A stretch of DNA of 64,000 nt from Octopus sinensis (Eukaryota), in the NCBI RefSeq assembly GCF_006345805.1, contig NC_042999.1, positions 93,000,001 through 93,064,000 on the forward strand, written 5' to 3'. Positions 53,642 to 64,000 of the stretch are shown here, piece by piece. The notes under the pieces were generated by a model. The model did no database searches. It was not told the origin of the DNA and saw only the letters and a list, made by a program, of their open reading frames with translations. The first letter of the stretch is position 1. Every line of letters starts with the position of its first letter. Both the position numbers and the translations under genes were made by a program.

Positions 53642-54900
53642 TTAAGTCGTCCCTTAAATAATGCGGTTTTTTCAATTGCATGAGCTAAAAGTCAGACGGG
53701 GTGGAATAAACTACATGCATCAACTTACAATAAAAGCAGGTAGTAATGTTACCTTGTCCTTATTATTAGTGTAAGTTTTGAAGAGTACAGTTCAATTTCA
53801 ACAGTTATGTTTCCAAAGCTATAATGGAAGTGACAATGGAGCATATTCGGAATATTTTCCTTTGTGAGTTCAATAAAGGCAAGAACGCAACGGTAAGTGC
53901 GAGGAATTTTAATGCAGTATATGGGGATCAGACAATAAGTGTAAGCCAGTGTCAACGGTAGGTCCAGAAATTCCGAACCGGAAACTACAGCCTAGAAGAC
54001 GGGCTTCGTCCTGGAAGATATGTAGAGCACGACAAGGACGTCCTGCAAACCCTATTGGAACAAAAGCTCAACGTAACTGTTAAGGAACTAGCAGAGAAGC
54101 TTGGATTTGGTCATTCAACCCTTCATCGACACCTACCTGCCATTGGAAAAGTCAGCAAATTAGGTCAATGGGATCCTCACAAACTTTCTCAGTCTAATTG
54201 CGTATAGAGTGAGTGTGTGCTCTTCTTTGCTGTCACGTCTCACGAATGAACCATCTTTGGACAGAAGAGTGGCTGGTGACGATAAAGGGGTCCTCTATAA
54301 AATTGTGGGTAGGAAAAGGAGAAACACTGGCATCTCAGGCTCAAGAAAGTCTCCACCCACGTAAGGTATTGTTATTTGTTTGGTGGTATATGAAAGTTTT
54401 AGTCTACTTTCAACTTTTAAACCCAATCCAAATGGTAACATTGGGATCTGTTGTGAGCAGCTTGTGCGGTTTAAGTCAGCGCCAGAAGAATAACGACCTT
54501 CTTTGGTTTGAAGATCACAGGTGATCTTCCATCAGGATAATGCTCGGCCACATATAGTGAGGATGATATTCCAAAGACTGAAGCAGCTTGAATGGGAAAC
54601 GATGCCCCACCCACCATATTCGCCGGAAATTGCCCCATCTGATTATCATTTATTCCGCAGTCTTCAAAATCATTTGGACGGAAAAAAGTACGAATTCTGT
54701 AGACAAGGTCAGAACTGTAGTGGAGGAGTATTTTTCGTCACGTACAAGTGAGTTTTGAAAGAGAGGCTTTGCAATTCTAACAGATAGAAGGAAGAGCATT
54801 GTAGAAAATAAAGAAGCGTATATTTTATATTATAAAAGCGCTTTATCTTAATTTTGAAAATTCAAAGTATAACACCCGCACTATTTAGGGGATGACCCAA
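53642..54900 (+). mobile_element. Full-length but inactivated mariner transposon (about 1.26 kb)
   Basis: TA target duplication, imperfect TIRs TTAAGTCGTCCCTTAAATAATGCGG / CCGCACTATTTAGGGGATGACCCAA. Transposase remnants MEVTMEHIRNIFLCEFNKG...GRP-like, HQDNARPH and HPPYSPEIAPSDYHLFRSLQ, with stops and frameshifts. Confidence 0.95.
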
Positions 54901-56429
54901 TATTTCAACTTACAAAATAATAAAGGAAGGACATATTCGAAGATAAGTTGTTCAGGAATGGGGTGTCTTTTATTACAGTTCTACTGGGATCAAGTTACAA
55001 CAATAACAATAAAAATAAAGGCAGAGATGAAATGGCACATAATATATTATATTTGTAGATAGACTACGTATCGTATCGGTTCGCAGAATGGATACAGATC
55101 GACCTCCTGCAGGACTACGACCATACATAATCCGGGGCTAAACTACAAAGACTGGTAGAAGAGATGTATTTACAACGATGCAAAGAAATATCAATAAACG
55201 TTATCTACTCCTCTCGTTGAAAACATGACCGCCATAACATCTGATACGTTTACATCATTGAGTATTTACAGTAGTTGATGGAGCTGACACTGCCCCCCTC
55301 CTGTTGTGGTTATTTAACTTTAGTTCGAAGGTTAGATTTGTTTTGGCTCCATGCAACTTAAAGGTTCGTGGGTTCGTGGGATCGTCAAACGAACCTAACT
55401 TGTCAGGCAAAGATAAACGAATGGAGTAAGTTGAAGATTATTTTTGAAGATGGTACTGTTATTGGTTAAGACAGGTCACATGGTGTTAGTGATATTGATA
55501 ACGATATAGTAGTGATATTCGATGCATATACCAATCTATATTTCTCAAAATGCATACAGGGAAATGATGTTGGTGGTGTATCTGTTTGGGGGGTGAACTG
55601 AGAATACTCAGCGACACCAGTACCCCGGAGTACGTTTATATTTATTTGCTGCATGAGTGAATTAGCGTGTGTATCTTCAGCCTGTATGCGTGTGTCTGCT
55701 GTGTGTGTGTGTGTGTGTACGTGTGTACGTGTTGAAGCTAGCGCGTATGTTCGTGTATGACTGCGTATATATCTGGTGTGTTGGGTGTGAAATTGGTGCG
55801 TATTTGTATCAGCTGTGTGTGTTTGTGTATGTGTAAGTATGCGTGAGCTTTTGTATTTGTCGTATGTGTATGCCTGCGTCCTTCTCTGTTATGCACGTAT
55901 GAGTACATATATGAAAACATCTGGTATGTGTGTATATGCTTATTTCTGTATTTACTTATTTGTTTGTGTGTGTGCTTACTCCCTTGTATGAATGGTTGTG
56001 TGTATGTTTACATGTGGTGCAGCTGTATTTGGATGTCCCTAATATTCGTGTGAGCGCGTATGTTTGGCACATGTACGTGTGTTCTAGTGTGCTCTGGTGA
56101 GTAAGTGCCCGTATACTAATGTGCTGGTGTGCTGTGCTAGCACGCAGTTGCACCATCATGATTTGGAGACTAACCTGATTTGTTGTTGGATTACGATTAG
56201 GTGATGTTATCAAAATACAGGAAAGGGTATATTCATACACACACGCGCACACACGCACACACACACATTAAGACAAACATGAAAAATTACTGAAAATATG
56301 TAAGTTTGGAAGGTCTAGATACATAAGTCTGTTGTCTGTAGGGGCAGTAGTGGGTCAGTACCATGCTCTTGCTTACGGGGAAAGGGCAAGCTTAAAGTGG
56401 TATAAGTGTGCTGTCGGCGACCAGTGGCT

Positions 56430-56850
56430 TGAAATACACGTGGAGGGCATATATCCGGTGGCAACAATAAAACAGTTAGTTCTTCAAGATGTTGGATACA
56501 GCATCTTGGTGGAAAATATAAAGATTCTCGTGGAAGAAGAGCGAGCATTTGCGGGCTCCGGATGAATAAGGTGGGACCTTGTCAGGAATACTCAATTTCA
56601 TGTTCAAATAGTCATTCCTGAGATAGCGAAGTCTCCATATAAAGTGGAACGGGGAGATAGAACTTACCCTATTCTTAAAATTAAGGGAGTGCATATGCTG
56701 TGTACACCATCCAGTAAAATCTTTGGTCATCATACCTGTGTACTGCTTTGTGAGATTAAGACTCCATGTAACCCTCATGGAAGTCCAAATCTTCATTTTC
56801 ATGCTTATCCTAAAGGATTTTCATTTTATATGGTGTCCCTCCCAGTTGGT
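56430..56850 (-). pseudogene. Second decayed Penelope-like GIY-YIG endonuclease C-terminus
   Basis: ORF 56476-56802 reads KQYTGMMTKDF..HMHSLNF...FIWRLR...LSIPDKVPPYSSGARKCSLFFHENLYIF..NIL, then CCH. Compare YIG.T..FK.R..H..SF, IW.LK, PY..G..C.LC..EK..I and CRH. Confidence 0.7.
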
Positions 56851-58623
56851 TGATAAACAATGCGCAAGTGGCGGAGGTGTATGAATGTTCTGATTCGACC
56901 GTGTTATCACCTTTGATGGGCCGTCATCGGAAGCTGCGACTTTTCGCCCGGGAAAATCCCTTTTAAAGACGTATATTAAAAACAAACAAACAAAATACAA
57001 CAGTACTTAGTGTTTTATACCTACTTAATGCTATCGCACAGAAATATCTTTACTTTCATTTAAAGAATCCATTCGATACTTCACACCACTTCTTTTACTA
57101 CATTTTCGTTTCTATTTCTGTTGATATCACCAGAAGCTGCTTAATGTATCCTGGATAACATTGAACTTGAAGTGTGTGAAATATCTATTTAAAAGTTGAT
57201 GCTGAAGTTCTTTAGCTATTAGATATAAGCTTTCCACTCCCACGCAGATGCATTCTTTACTGTTGTCCAACTCTCCAGTCTTAAAGAACTATTTCGATCG
57301 ACCTTGTCTAAAGTTTAATCCCTCCTATGTGGTTTCGACACGACTGAAAATATATACCTTTACTCTTTGTACTGCATCCCCATGAGAACATTTCCTTTGG
57401 GTTATGCGTCAAGCATTCTAAATATCTTTGTAAGAGAATATACATATAAGTATATCTATATATATCATGCTTCTTTTGTTTTTGCTTAATTACAGATGAA
57501 AGTCGTGCTCATCGATTAGCCACCTAGTGCTGGGTTTCTTTCATCGCCATTTATGTTTTTAAATGCCTGTGCCAAGTGGACAGAAGGAAGGATGTATCAT
57601 TAAATCGGAGAGACGTGGCTAGCATACAAAGAACAGAGTTGATATCCATGAATGCAGGAAGAATGTTGGTTGGGTCAGCAAACTAAATCTGAACGTAATG
57701 AGCTGGAACATTTGCGACAATGCATCAGGTATAAAGCCCCAGCTCTCCAAAGCCCCAGTTCGGTCTTCAAAACAAATTCAATCATGACTAAGCCATATTT
57801 GTAAATATCTAGGAATTTGGAATTTCAGTGGCCAATGTGTCATAAGGTGGGGCGGTATGCTTTAAGACAATTTTCTGCTATTTGTAGTAGATCAAACAAC
57901 TCCGTAATATTTCTTCTTTCTTTTGCGCTTCACGTTGTTGTTACCGTACTTGAACTTCTGCTAATGGCGGCTTTTTAAATTCATTTTTAGCTGAGTAAGA
58001 TAGCTTCCACGTCTTGCTCTCTCACAGGTGTATCATTTCGATTTCATACTAGACAACTTGTAGCCTCTGCTATGAGAGAGAAGCCTAGAATTCCATAATT
58101 ATACTCAAGTCGATCCAAAGAGAATTGCTTACTCGTCATATTCTGTCAGCCTCAAAACTATCCACTGATTCAAGTGTAGTGGCACATTATGTAACATCAA
58201 CGTTATAAACCAAACACCTATGCATCACGTCATCAGAGACACACATAATGGAGCTGCCATTTTCGTTGTGGATATTTCTGTTTCAGTTGTTACTGTTTTA
58301 CACAGTCAAATAATTCTTTTGTGCTGTTATTGTCGTTAATATCACGATAGATGTACAGAAAACATTACTGCTGCTGTTGCTATTGTTCACCATTTATGCT
58401 GACACACAATACTGCTATCACAAAAATCCTCCCATTTTTATTCTGTTAACAGCCGTTCCCTTTTCATCAATTCAGATGTCAACGTTAAATGATAATATAT
58501 TACTTGAAAGAAGAAGATAAGGTGAATGGTTTTGTTTCAATGATTGCAATGTTTGGAAACATCTTTGTTCCTTATTTGTATAGGTTATACATACATACAT
58601 ACATACATACATACATACATACA

Positions 58624-58654
<31 letters not shown>

Positions 58655-59279
58655 TCATTCTAGATGGAATAGCGAGAAACATCTGGTTTATCTTACTGCT
58701 TCGCTATGTAATGTAACTATTATATTTTATGTTAGTTTTCCAATCTTCCATGCGACATTACGGGGATTCCTATCTAACACTGTCCCTTTATTAGAATAAA
58801 ACGATTCTTTGAAAATTATATCTTAGGAAAGGATCCCCCAAATTTCTATAGAATAGATAAAATAATTACAAAAGAAATATTAGAAACATTGTCGAAAACC
58901 CAATTTTGAATAAGAATACGTTTCCAAATGTAATAGTTAGTTAGAAGACTACGGGGAAAGCAAAGAAATTGAAAATTTATCTCTCTCAAACATTACAGCA
59001 TTTGTTCTGACACTTACTCTGAACAATTGCAGAAAGTAGAGAAGATTTGGTATTGATAATATCCAAAATCATTGGTGCTTATTGTTTAACATATTGCACT
59101 GTGAATTATTGTCAGAGTTCTTGATGTGTTTGGGGTATACATTAGGGAACACTCAAGCACTTTTCCCTTTTGTAATGAAACAAGTCCAAATGTCGCCTTA
59201 TACTCTTACAGAAGAAGCATTTGGCTCTCTGCTAAAGACCACCATCTTAATTTCGTAGCACTTTACATAAATATCCCCA

Positions 59280-59465
59280 TTTTCGAGGAGGGGTAAAATC
59301 GATTATATAGGCCACAGTGTTCAAATAGTACTTATTTTATCGATCCAGAAAATATGAAGGGAAAAGTCGACATCGGCGGTATTTAAACATAGAGCGCAAA
59401 GACGAACGAAATGTCGCTAGGCATTTTGACCGACGGGCCATTTAATACGCCAGCTTGCAGCCTTA
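59280..59465 (-). mobile_element. SINE (family B)
   Basis: GTACTTATTTTATCGA...AAAGTCGAC...GACGAACGAAATGTCGCTAGGCATTTT. Confidence 0.72.
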
Positions 59466-59524
59466 TAGTTGTTGATAATATTGTCAGACTTTTGTTGTCG
59501 CTCTTTGAATTGCAACGTTAATAA

Positions 59525-59785
59525 TAAAATAAAAATAAATGCGCCCTTTTTAATGCTTAGCCAGGCTCATGGGCCCGATTTCCCGGTTTCTATGGCATGT
59601 GTTCCGCAGCTGTACGGGACGCCAGTCCATCGCAGCGTTACTCATTTTTGCCAGCTGAGTGGACTGGAGGAACGTGAAATGAAGTATTTTGCTCAAGAAC
59701 ACAATGTGTCGCCCGGTCCAGTAATCGAAACCACAATCTTACAATCATGATGCTGACACCCTAACCACTAAGTCACGCGCCTCCA
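59525..59785 (-). mobile_element. tRNA-derived SINE (family A) with TSD
   Basis: Reverse complement of 5322-5589. 12-bp TSD CAACGTTAATAA at 59513-59524 and 59786-59797. Confidence 0.9.
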
Positions 59786-60299
59786 CAACGTTAATAACAG
59801 TTTTATGTATTTCTATCTGGTAATATTCATGCATAAAATGAAAGAATTGCAAGTGCATTAAAATATAGAAAGATAACATATTGATCTACGAACAGCATTA
59901 GAGGCAATAGGACAGGTTGACAAAAGATATATTGCAATATTGTAAAACAACAGAAAACTAAAGAATCGCAATCATTAGACAAAATGAATATCGAACATTG
60001 GATGATTAAAAAGACACTTTAAAAAGCTTACTGTCACTCCTTCATACGTATGACGCGTTTCAGACTACACTACATCTCACCTCCCTACACCTCAGATCAA
60101 CTCACTCTATCATCTCCGTTTCAGATATATATTCCAGATATGTGTTCATCCAGTAAGTTTTGTAAACAAATTTCGGGCCAAATAAGCAGAACGCTCATAT
60201 TATGTCTAGGCTGAACTGAGTTTGGCACGAAATTCCCGCCTGGTTAACGTTCGCTCTCTTCTTTAACCGATTGTTTTATTATTGGAGAGTTATTTTGCA

Positions 60300-61779
60300 C
60301 CTGCCTTTCTTCACTGTCACCTGTTGTTGCTGATTCAGTTTTTGTCCAATCCACAAAAACTGTTGAGTAATGATACTGCCCAAGTATTTACAGCGTTCAC
60401 TACATTCGGACAATTTAGCTTCTCCAACCTTCTAATCTACTCTTCCTCAATTTTCCTTAGTACTCTGTCAGATTCAAATACTCCTTGATATTTATAACTC
60501 TTTCCTTCTTTCAAAGATTCAACGTCTGACCATCAGGGAATTGAATGACTTCATTGTTGACTACTTGTCCCCTTTAAATGACTAATATTATATGCCAAAT
60601 TCCAAGCCTAGATATTTGCTGAAGTCTTACACCCAGTAATAAGGAATCTATCTCTTTTTCATTCTTACTAAAAAGCTTCAGATCATCTATATAGAGGAAA
60701 TGGTTAATTTTCCCCTTTACTATTTCTGAACTGATACACTCCCTTTGCCTTCCTTTATACTAAATTGAGGGAGATCAAACATAAGACAAATTTAAAAGAG
60801 AACAACGTGTCTTGTTGGAAAATTCTTCTCTTGATACTAACTTGTTCTAAGAGTGTGTCACATGAATAGAGATCTACTTTCTATTTCTTCGCGCTAAAGC
60901 TAATTAATTCTCTTATGTTGTCTGCTAAACTGAATATACTTAAAAACTTCACTTATCCATGAGTGTGGGATCATGTCATAGATCTTCATATAAGCTATCT
61001 AGGATATTGTTAGAATTATCTATCTAGCTATTATTTCATTTAGAATTGCTGTGTTTATGTATAATAGATTATGCGTTCCTCTAGCCTTCTTCCTGTAACC
61101 TTTCTGTTCTTCTAACAGTAAATTCTGGTTGTCAAGTTCCTCGTAAGTGCTTTCTGAAAGCATTCCTCTTAATAGCTTCCACACTAGTGGTAAGCAAGTG
61201 ATTGGTCTATAGTTGCTAGCTGTATTATCTTTGCTCTTATCTTTCATAATGAGTAATGTCCTCCCTCTGGTCAGCCAATCTGGTATTATTCCTCCGTTAA
61301 GGCAATTCGGAGGTTGTTCCCTTAGCCTCCCACGTAAACTACTAATTTTTTTAGCCATTACTCGTGAACTAAATCTGGTCCCGGGCCCTTCCAATTCGGC
61401 ATTTTTCCTAACACATTACTCATTAATGCAATAAGTTAGTGTTAGATGTGGCTGTTCTCTCTCACTGCTTCTTCCCTCACTTTCTTTAACCATACTGCAT
61501 CTCCAATATGATTAACTTGTTTGTCCCAAATATTGCTCCAGAGCTTTTTAGCTTCCTCTGCATTAGGTTTACGATATTCAGTACTTCGTTCTCCACTATT
61601 TGCTTGGTTATAAAATCTCCTCTGGTCTGTCTCAAATAATCTATTCTGTTAAAACTGATCCATTCCTTTCTAATATTTAGAGAGCTTGCCTCCTACTGCT
61701 ATGGCTTGCTGTTTCAACTCTTCTATGAGTGTCCGACATCCTTTCTCTTTGTCTAGATTTGCATCTTGTGTTTCCTAAC
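60300..61779 (-). mobile_element. Older decayed Dong/R4-type retrotransposon (RT region)
   Basis: IPDWLTRGRTLLIMKDK..NYRPITCLPLVWKLL..LLEEQKGYRKKARGTHNLLYI. Confidence 0.85.
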
Positions 61780-61784
61780 TTATT

Positions 61785-61815
<31 letters not shown>

Positions 61816-61866
61816 TTATCATTATTATTATTATTTTTATTATTATTATCATTATTATTATTATTA

Positions 61867-64000
61867 CTTTTTTTTTTCTTCTTTCAAATTTTCTTCCATT
61901 TCTTGCCGAGTGTCTTCCCGACTCCTAGGGCAAAGAAACTCATAGTGTATATTGGTAGGCCATTAAACCAAACTCAGTAGTTCGTTCATTTTTTTTATTT
62001 AAAAAAAATTTTTTTTAGTTAAATTAAAATACATGAGCAGCAACAGTTCTCACATCGACAATGCTCTTCTCAATACGTGTGATGTACCAGTTAAGACAAT
62101 CTTTTGCACTGCTTGCAGGGACGGTAAGCCAGGGATCATTCTCATATAATTTTCGGTTCCCTTCTTGATCATTCCTAGTGCTCCTACGATCACTGGTATT
62201 GTAACCGCCTTGAGATGCCACATTTTCTCAATTTCAATGAGTAGGTCTTTATATTTTCTGAGCTTGTCAAACTCTTTCGCTGAGATATTATGATCACAGG
62301 GGATGCTCATGTCGATCAATAAGCAAACTTTATTGCTTTGGTCTTTCACAACAATATCTGGTTTATTGGCCTTGATGGTTCGGTCTGTATGTACTGGAAA
62401 GTCCCACAGAATGGTTACATTTTCTCCTTCAGTTACAGCCTCAGGGTGGTGATTATACCACTTGTCGGCAGTTTTGATATTGTAATGCCGACTTATTAGC
62501 CAGTGGAGATATTGGCCAACTCTGTCATGTCTTAATTTATACTCCACTGGTGCTAAGACTTTACATCCAGAGATTAGGTGGTCCACTGTTTCAATCATGT
62601 CGTTGCAGAATCGGCATTTTGGGTCTGCTCCATTTTTCATCACATTGGCCTGGTAGTTCCGGGTTGATAGGCTTTGGTCTTGAGCAGCCAGGATGAAACC
62701 TTCGCTCTCTGTTTTTAGCCCTGAGCTCCGCAGCCACTGATGGGTTTGCTTCTGGTCAACATCAGCTTGTTTGCTGCGGGTCACATATTTGCCGTGCAGA
62801 GGTTTCTCCTCCCACCTATCAGCCAATTGCTCGTGCGCTTTTTTCATTGCCATCATTTTCACCTTCTTTGCAACAATAGTTGCCGTACTTCCCTCGGGTT
62901 GTTCAGTTTGGGTATCCTGCACGAGATCAATAGCAAATCTTTTGCTTTCCTTGATGATAGAATGAAGCTTCTTTCGTCTCTCGTGATTTTCCACGAGCTT
63001 TAGCATCCAGTCATTCGATATTTCGAGATATTTGGCCAGTCCAATTGTGGTTGTTTTGTAAGCTAGTTCAAATTGGATCAGGCCTCGACCTCCTTGGGCT
63101 CTGGGAAGGTAAAGGCGATCTACGTCTGCCTTTGGGTGGTGCATCCTATTACAACTCAGCAGCTTGCGTATTTTTCTATCTATATTCTTTACTTCATTCA
63201 TATTCCAGTTCAACACATTGTAGCTATAAGTAACAACTGGAACTGCTAGGGAATTTATAGCTAACACCTTGTTACGTGAATTTAGTTCAGATTTCAGGAC
63301 TGCACGAACTCTCCTATAACATTCCTTCCTGATTTTCTCTTTCATGCTTGCATGCTGAATACCAGAGCCTTCATTTATCCCTAAATATTTGTATGTTTGT
63401 TCTTGCTCAAGCTCTCTTATGACTGTGTCAACATCTAACACGACTGAATTTGTGGTCTTCACTTTCCCTTTCTGGAAAGTGACCTTGGCACACTTCTCAA
63501 GTCCAAACTCCATCCCGATGTCATCGCTGAATGCTTTCACGATGCGCAATAGGCCTTCAAGTTCATTATTGTCTTTACCATAAAGTTTTAAGTCATCCAT
63601 ATAAAATAAATGGCTTATTTTTTTATTGGCAATTTTATACCCATACCCTGTTCTGTTTAATTCACTTGTAAGGGGTATTAGGGCTATGCAGAATATTAAA
63701 GGTGAAAGTGAGTCACCTTGAAAAATTCCACAGTTGATGTTCATATTTTCTGAGGCAAGTACTCCTTTAGAGTGGTATAATTGGAGATTCGTATTCCACA
63801 ACGACATATTGTGCTTCAGGAAGTTTGAAATCACAGGGGAAATTTTGAAGATGTCCAGCGATCTCAAGATCCATGGATGCGGTATACTGTCGAAGGCCTT
63901 TTTATAGTCAACCGATGCGGTGCTGAGATTTCTGCGCTTGTTGTGACAGTTCTCAAGGATCATACGATTGATTAGCAGTTGATCTTTGCATCCGTAAGAG
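61867..64000 (-). mobile_element. Young Dong/R4-type RLE non-LTR retrotransposon, runs off the window end
   Basis: Nearly identical to 17555-19108 over the shared part. A-rich tail joined to (TAA)n at 61781-61866. Confidence 0.95.
62050..64000 (-). CDS. Reverse transcriptase plus CCHC finger plus restriction-like endonuclease (5'-partial)
   Basis: Open frame of at least 637 aa: DYKKAFDS, GIFQGDSLSP, FYMDD, KYLG, CRFC..H..SGC, RHD, KPDIVV, KLRKY. The frame continues upstream (GCKDQLLINR) to the window edge. Confidence 0.93.
   Translation of the reverse strand, partial: SYGCKDQLLINRMILENCHNKRRNLSTASVDYKKAFDSIPHPWILRSLDIFKISPVISNFLKHNMSLWNTNLQLYHSKGVLASENMNINCGIFQGDSLSPLIFCIALIPLTSELNRTGYGYKIANKKISHLFYMDDLKLYGKDNNELEGLLRIVKAFSDDIGMEFGLEKCAKVTFQKGKVKTTNSVVLDVDTVIRELEQEQTYKYLGINEGSGIQHASMKEKIRKECYRRVRAVLKSELNSRNKVLAINSLAVPVVTYSYNVLNWNMNEVKNIDRKIRKLLSCNRMHHPKADVDRLYLPRAQGGRGLIQFELAYKTTTIGLAKYLEISNDWMLKLVENHERRKKLHSIIKESKRFAIDLVQDTQTEQPEGSTATIVAKKVKMMAMKKAHEQLADRWEEKPLHGKYVTRSKQADVDQKQTHQWLRSSGLKTESEGFILAAQDQSLSTRNYQANVMKNGADPKCRFCNDMIETVDHLISGCKVLAPVEYKLRHDRVGQYLHWLISRHYNIKTADKWYNHHPEAVTEGENVTILWDFPVHTDRTIKANKPDIVVKDQSNKVCLLIDMSIPCDHNISAKEFDKLRKYKDLLIEIEKMWHLKAVTIPVIVGALGMIKKGTENYMRMIPGLPSLQAVQKIVLTGTSHVLRRALSM

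Noticed and set aside
60040-60100. GAAACGCGTC with upstream CTGAGG on the minus strand
   Set aside because: The core is broken (CTGAGGT) and stem I does not pair. At most a dead remnant.

Overview
AT-rich, microsatellite-saturated eukaryotic DNA with no recognisable host protein-coding gene. The SINE types, repeat density and composition suggest a cephalopod (Octopus-like); that assignment is an inference. Most ORFs in the track are microsatellite artefacts (YIYI, THTH, CVCV). The identifiable content is transposable elements: two young, near-identical Dong/R4-type RLE non-LTR retrotransposons in (TAA)n tracts (one with a long open RT-RLE frame running off the window end), older R4, CR1-like and RTE LINE remnants, Tc1/mariner remnants, non-autonomous Helitrons, tRNA-derived SINEs and two decayed Penelope-like (GIY-YIG) elements. 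The most notable signal is six well-formed type I hammerhead ribozyme motifs from three unrelated sequence families. (i) A 354-nt tandem unit plus an inverted copy at 10.5-11.5 kb, directly behind a decayed Penelope-like ORF, with retrozyme/circRNA-like architecture. (ii) A 132-bp palindrome at 2.8 kb that encodes a hammerhead on both strands. (iii) A hammerhead with a 65-nt stem II domain at 50.2 kb. All folds were paired by eye and none has been tested.
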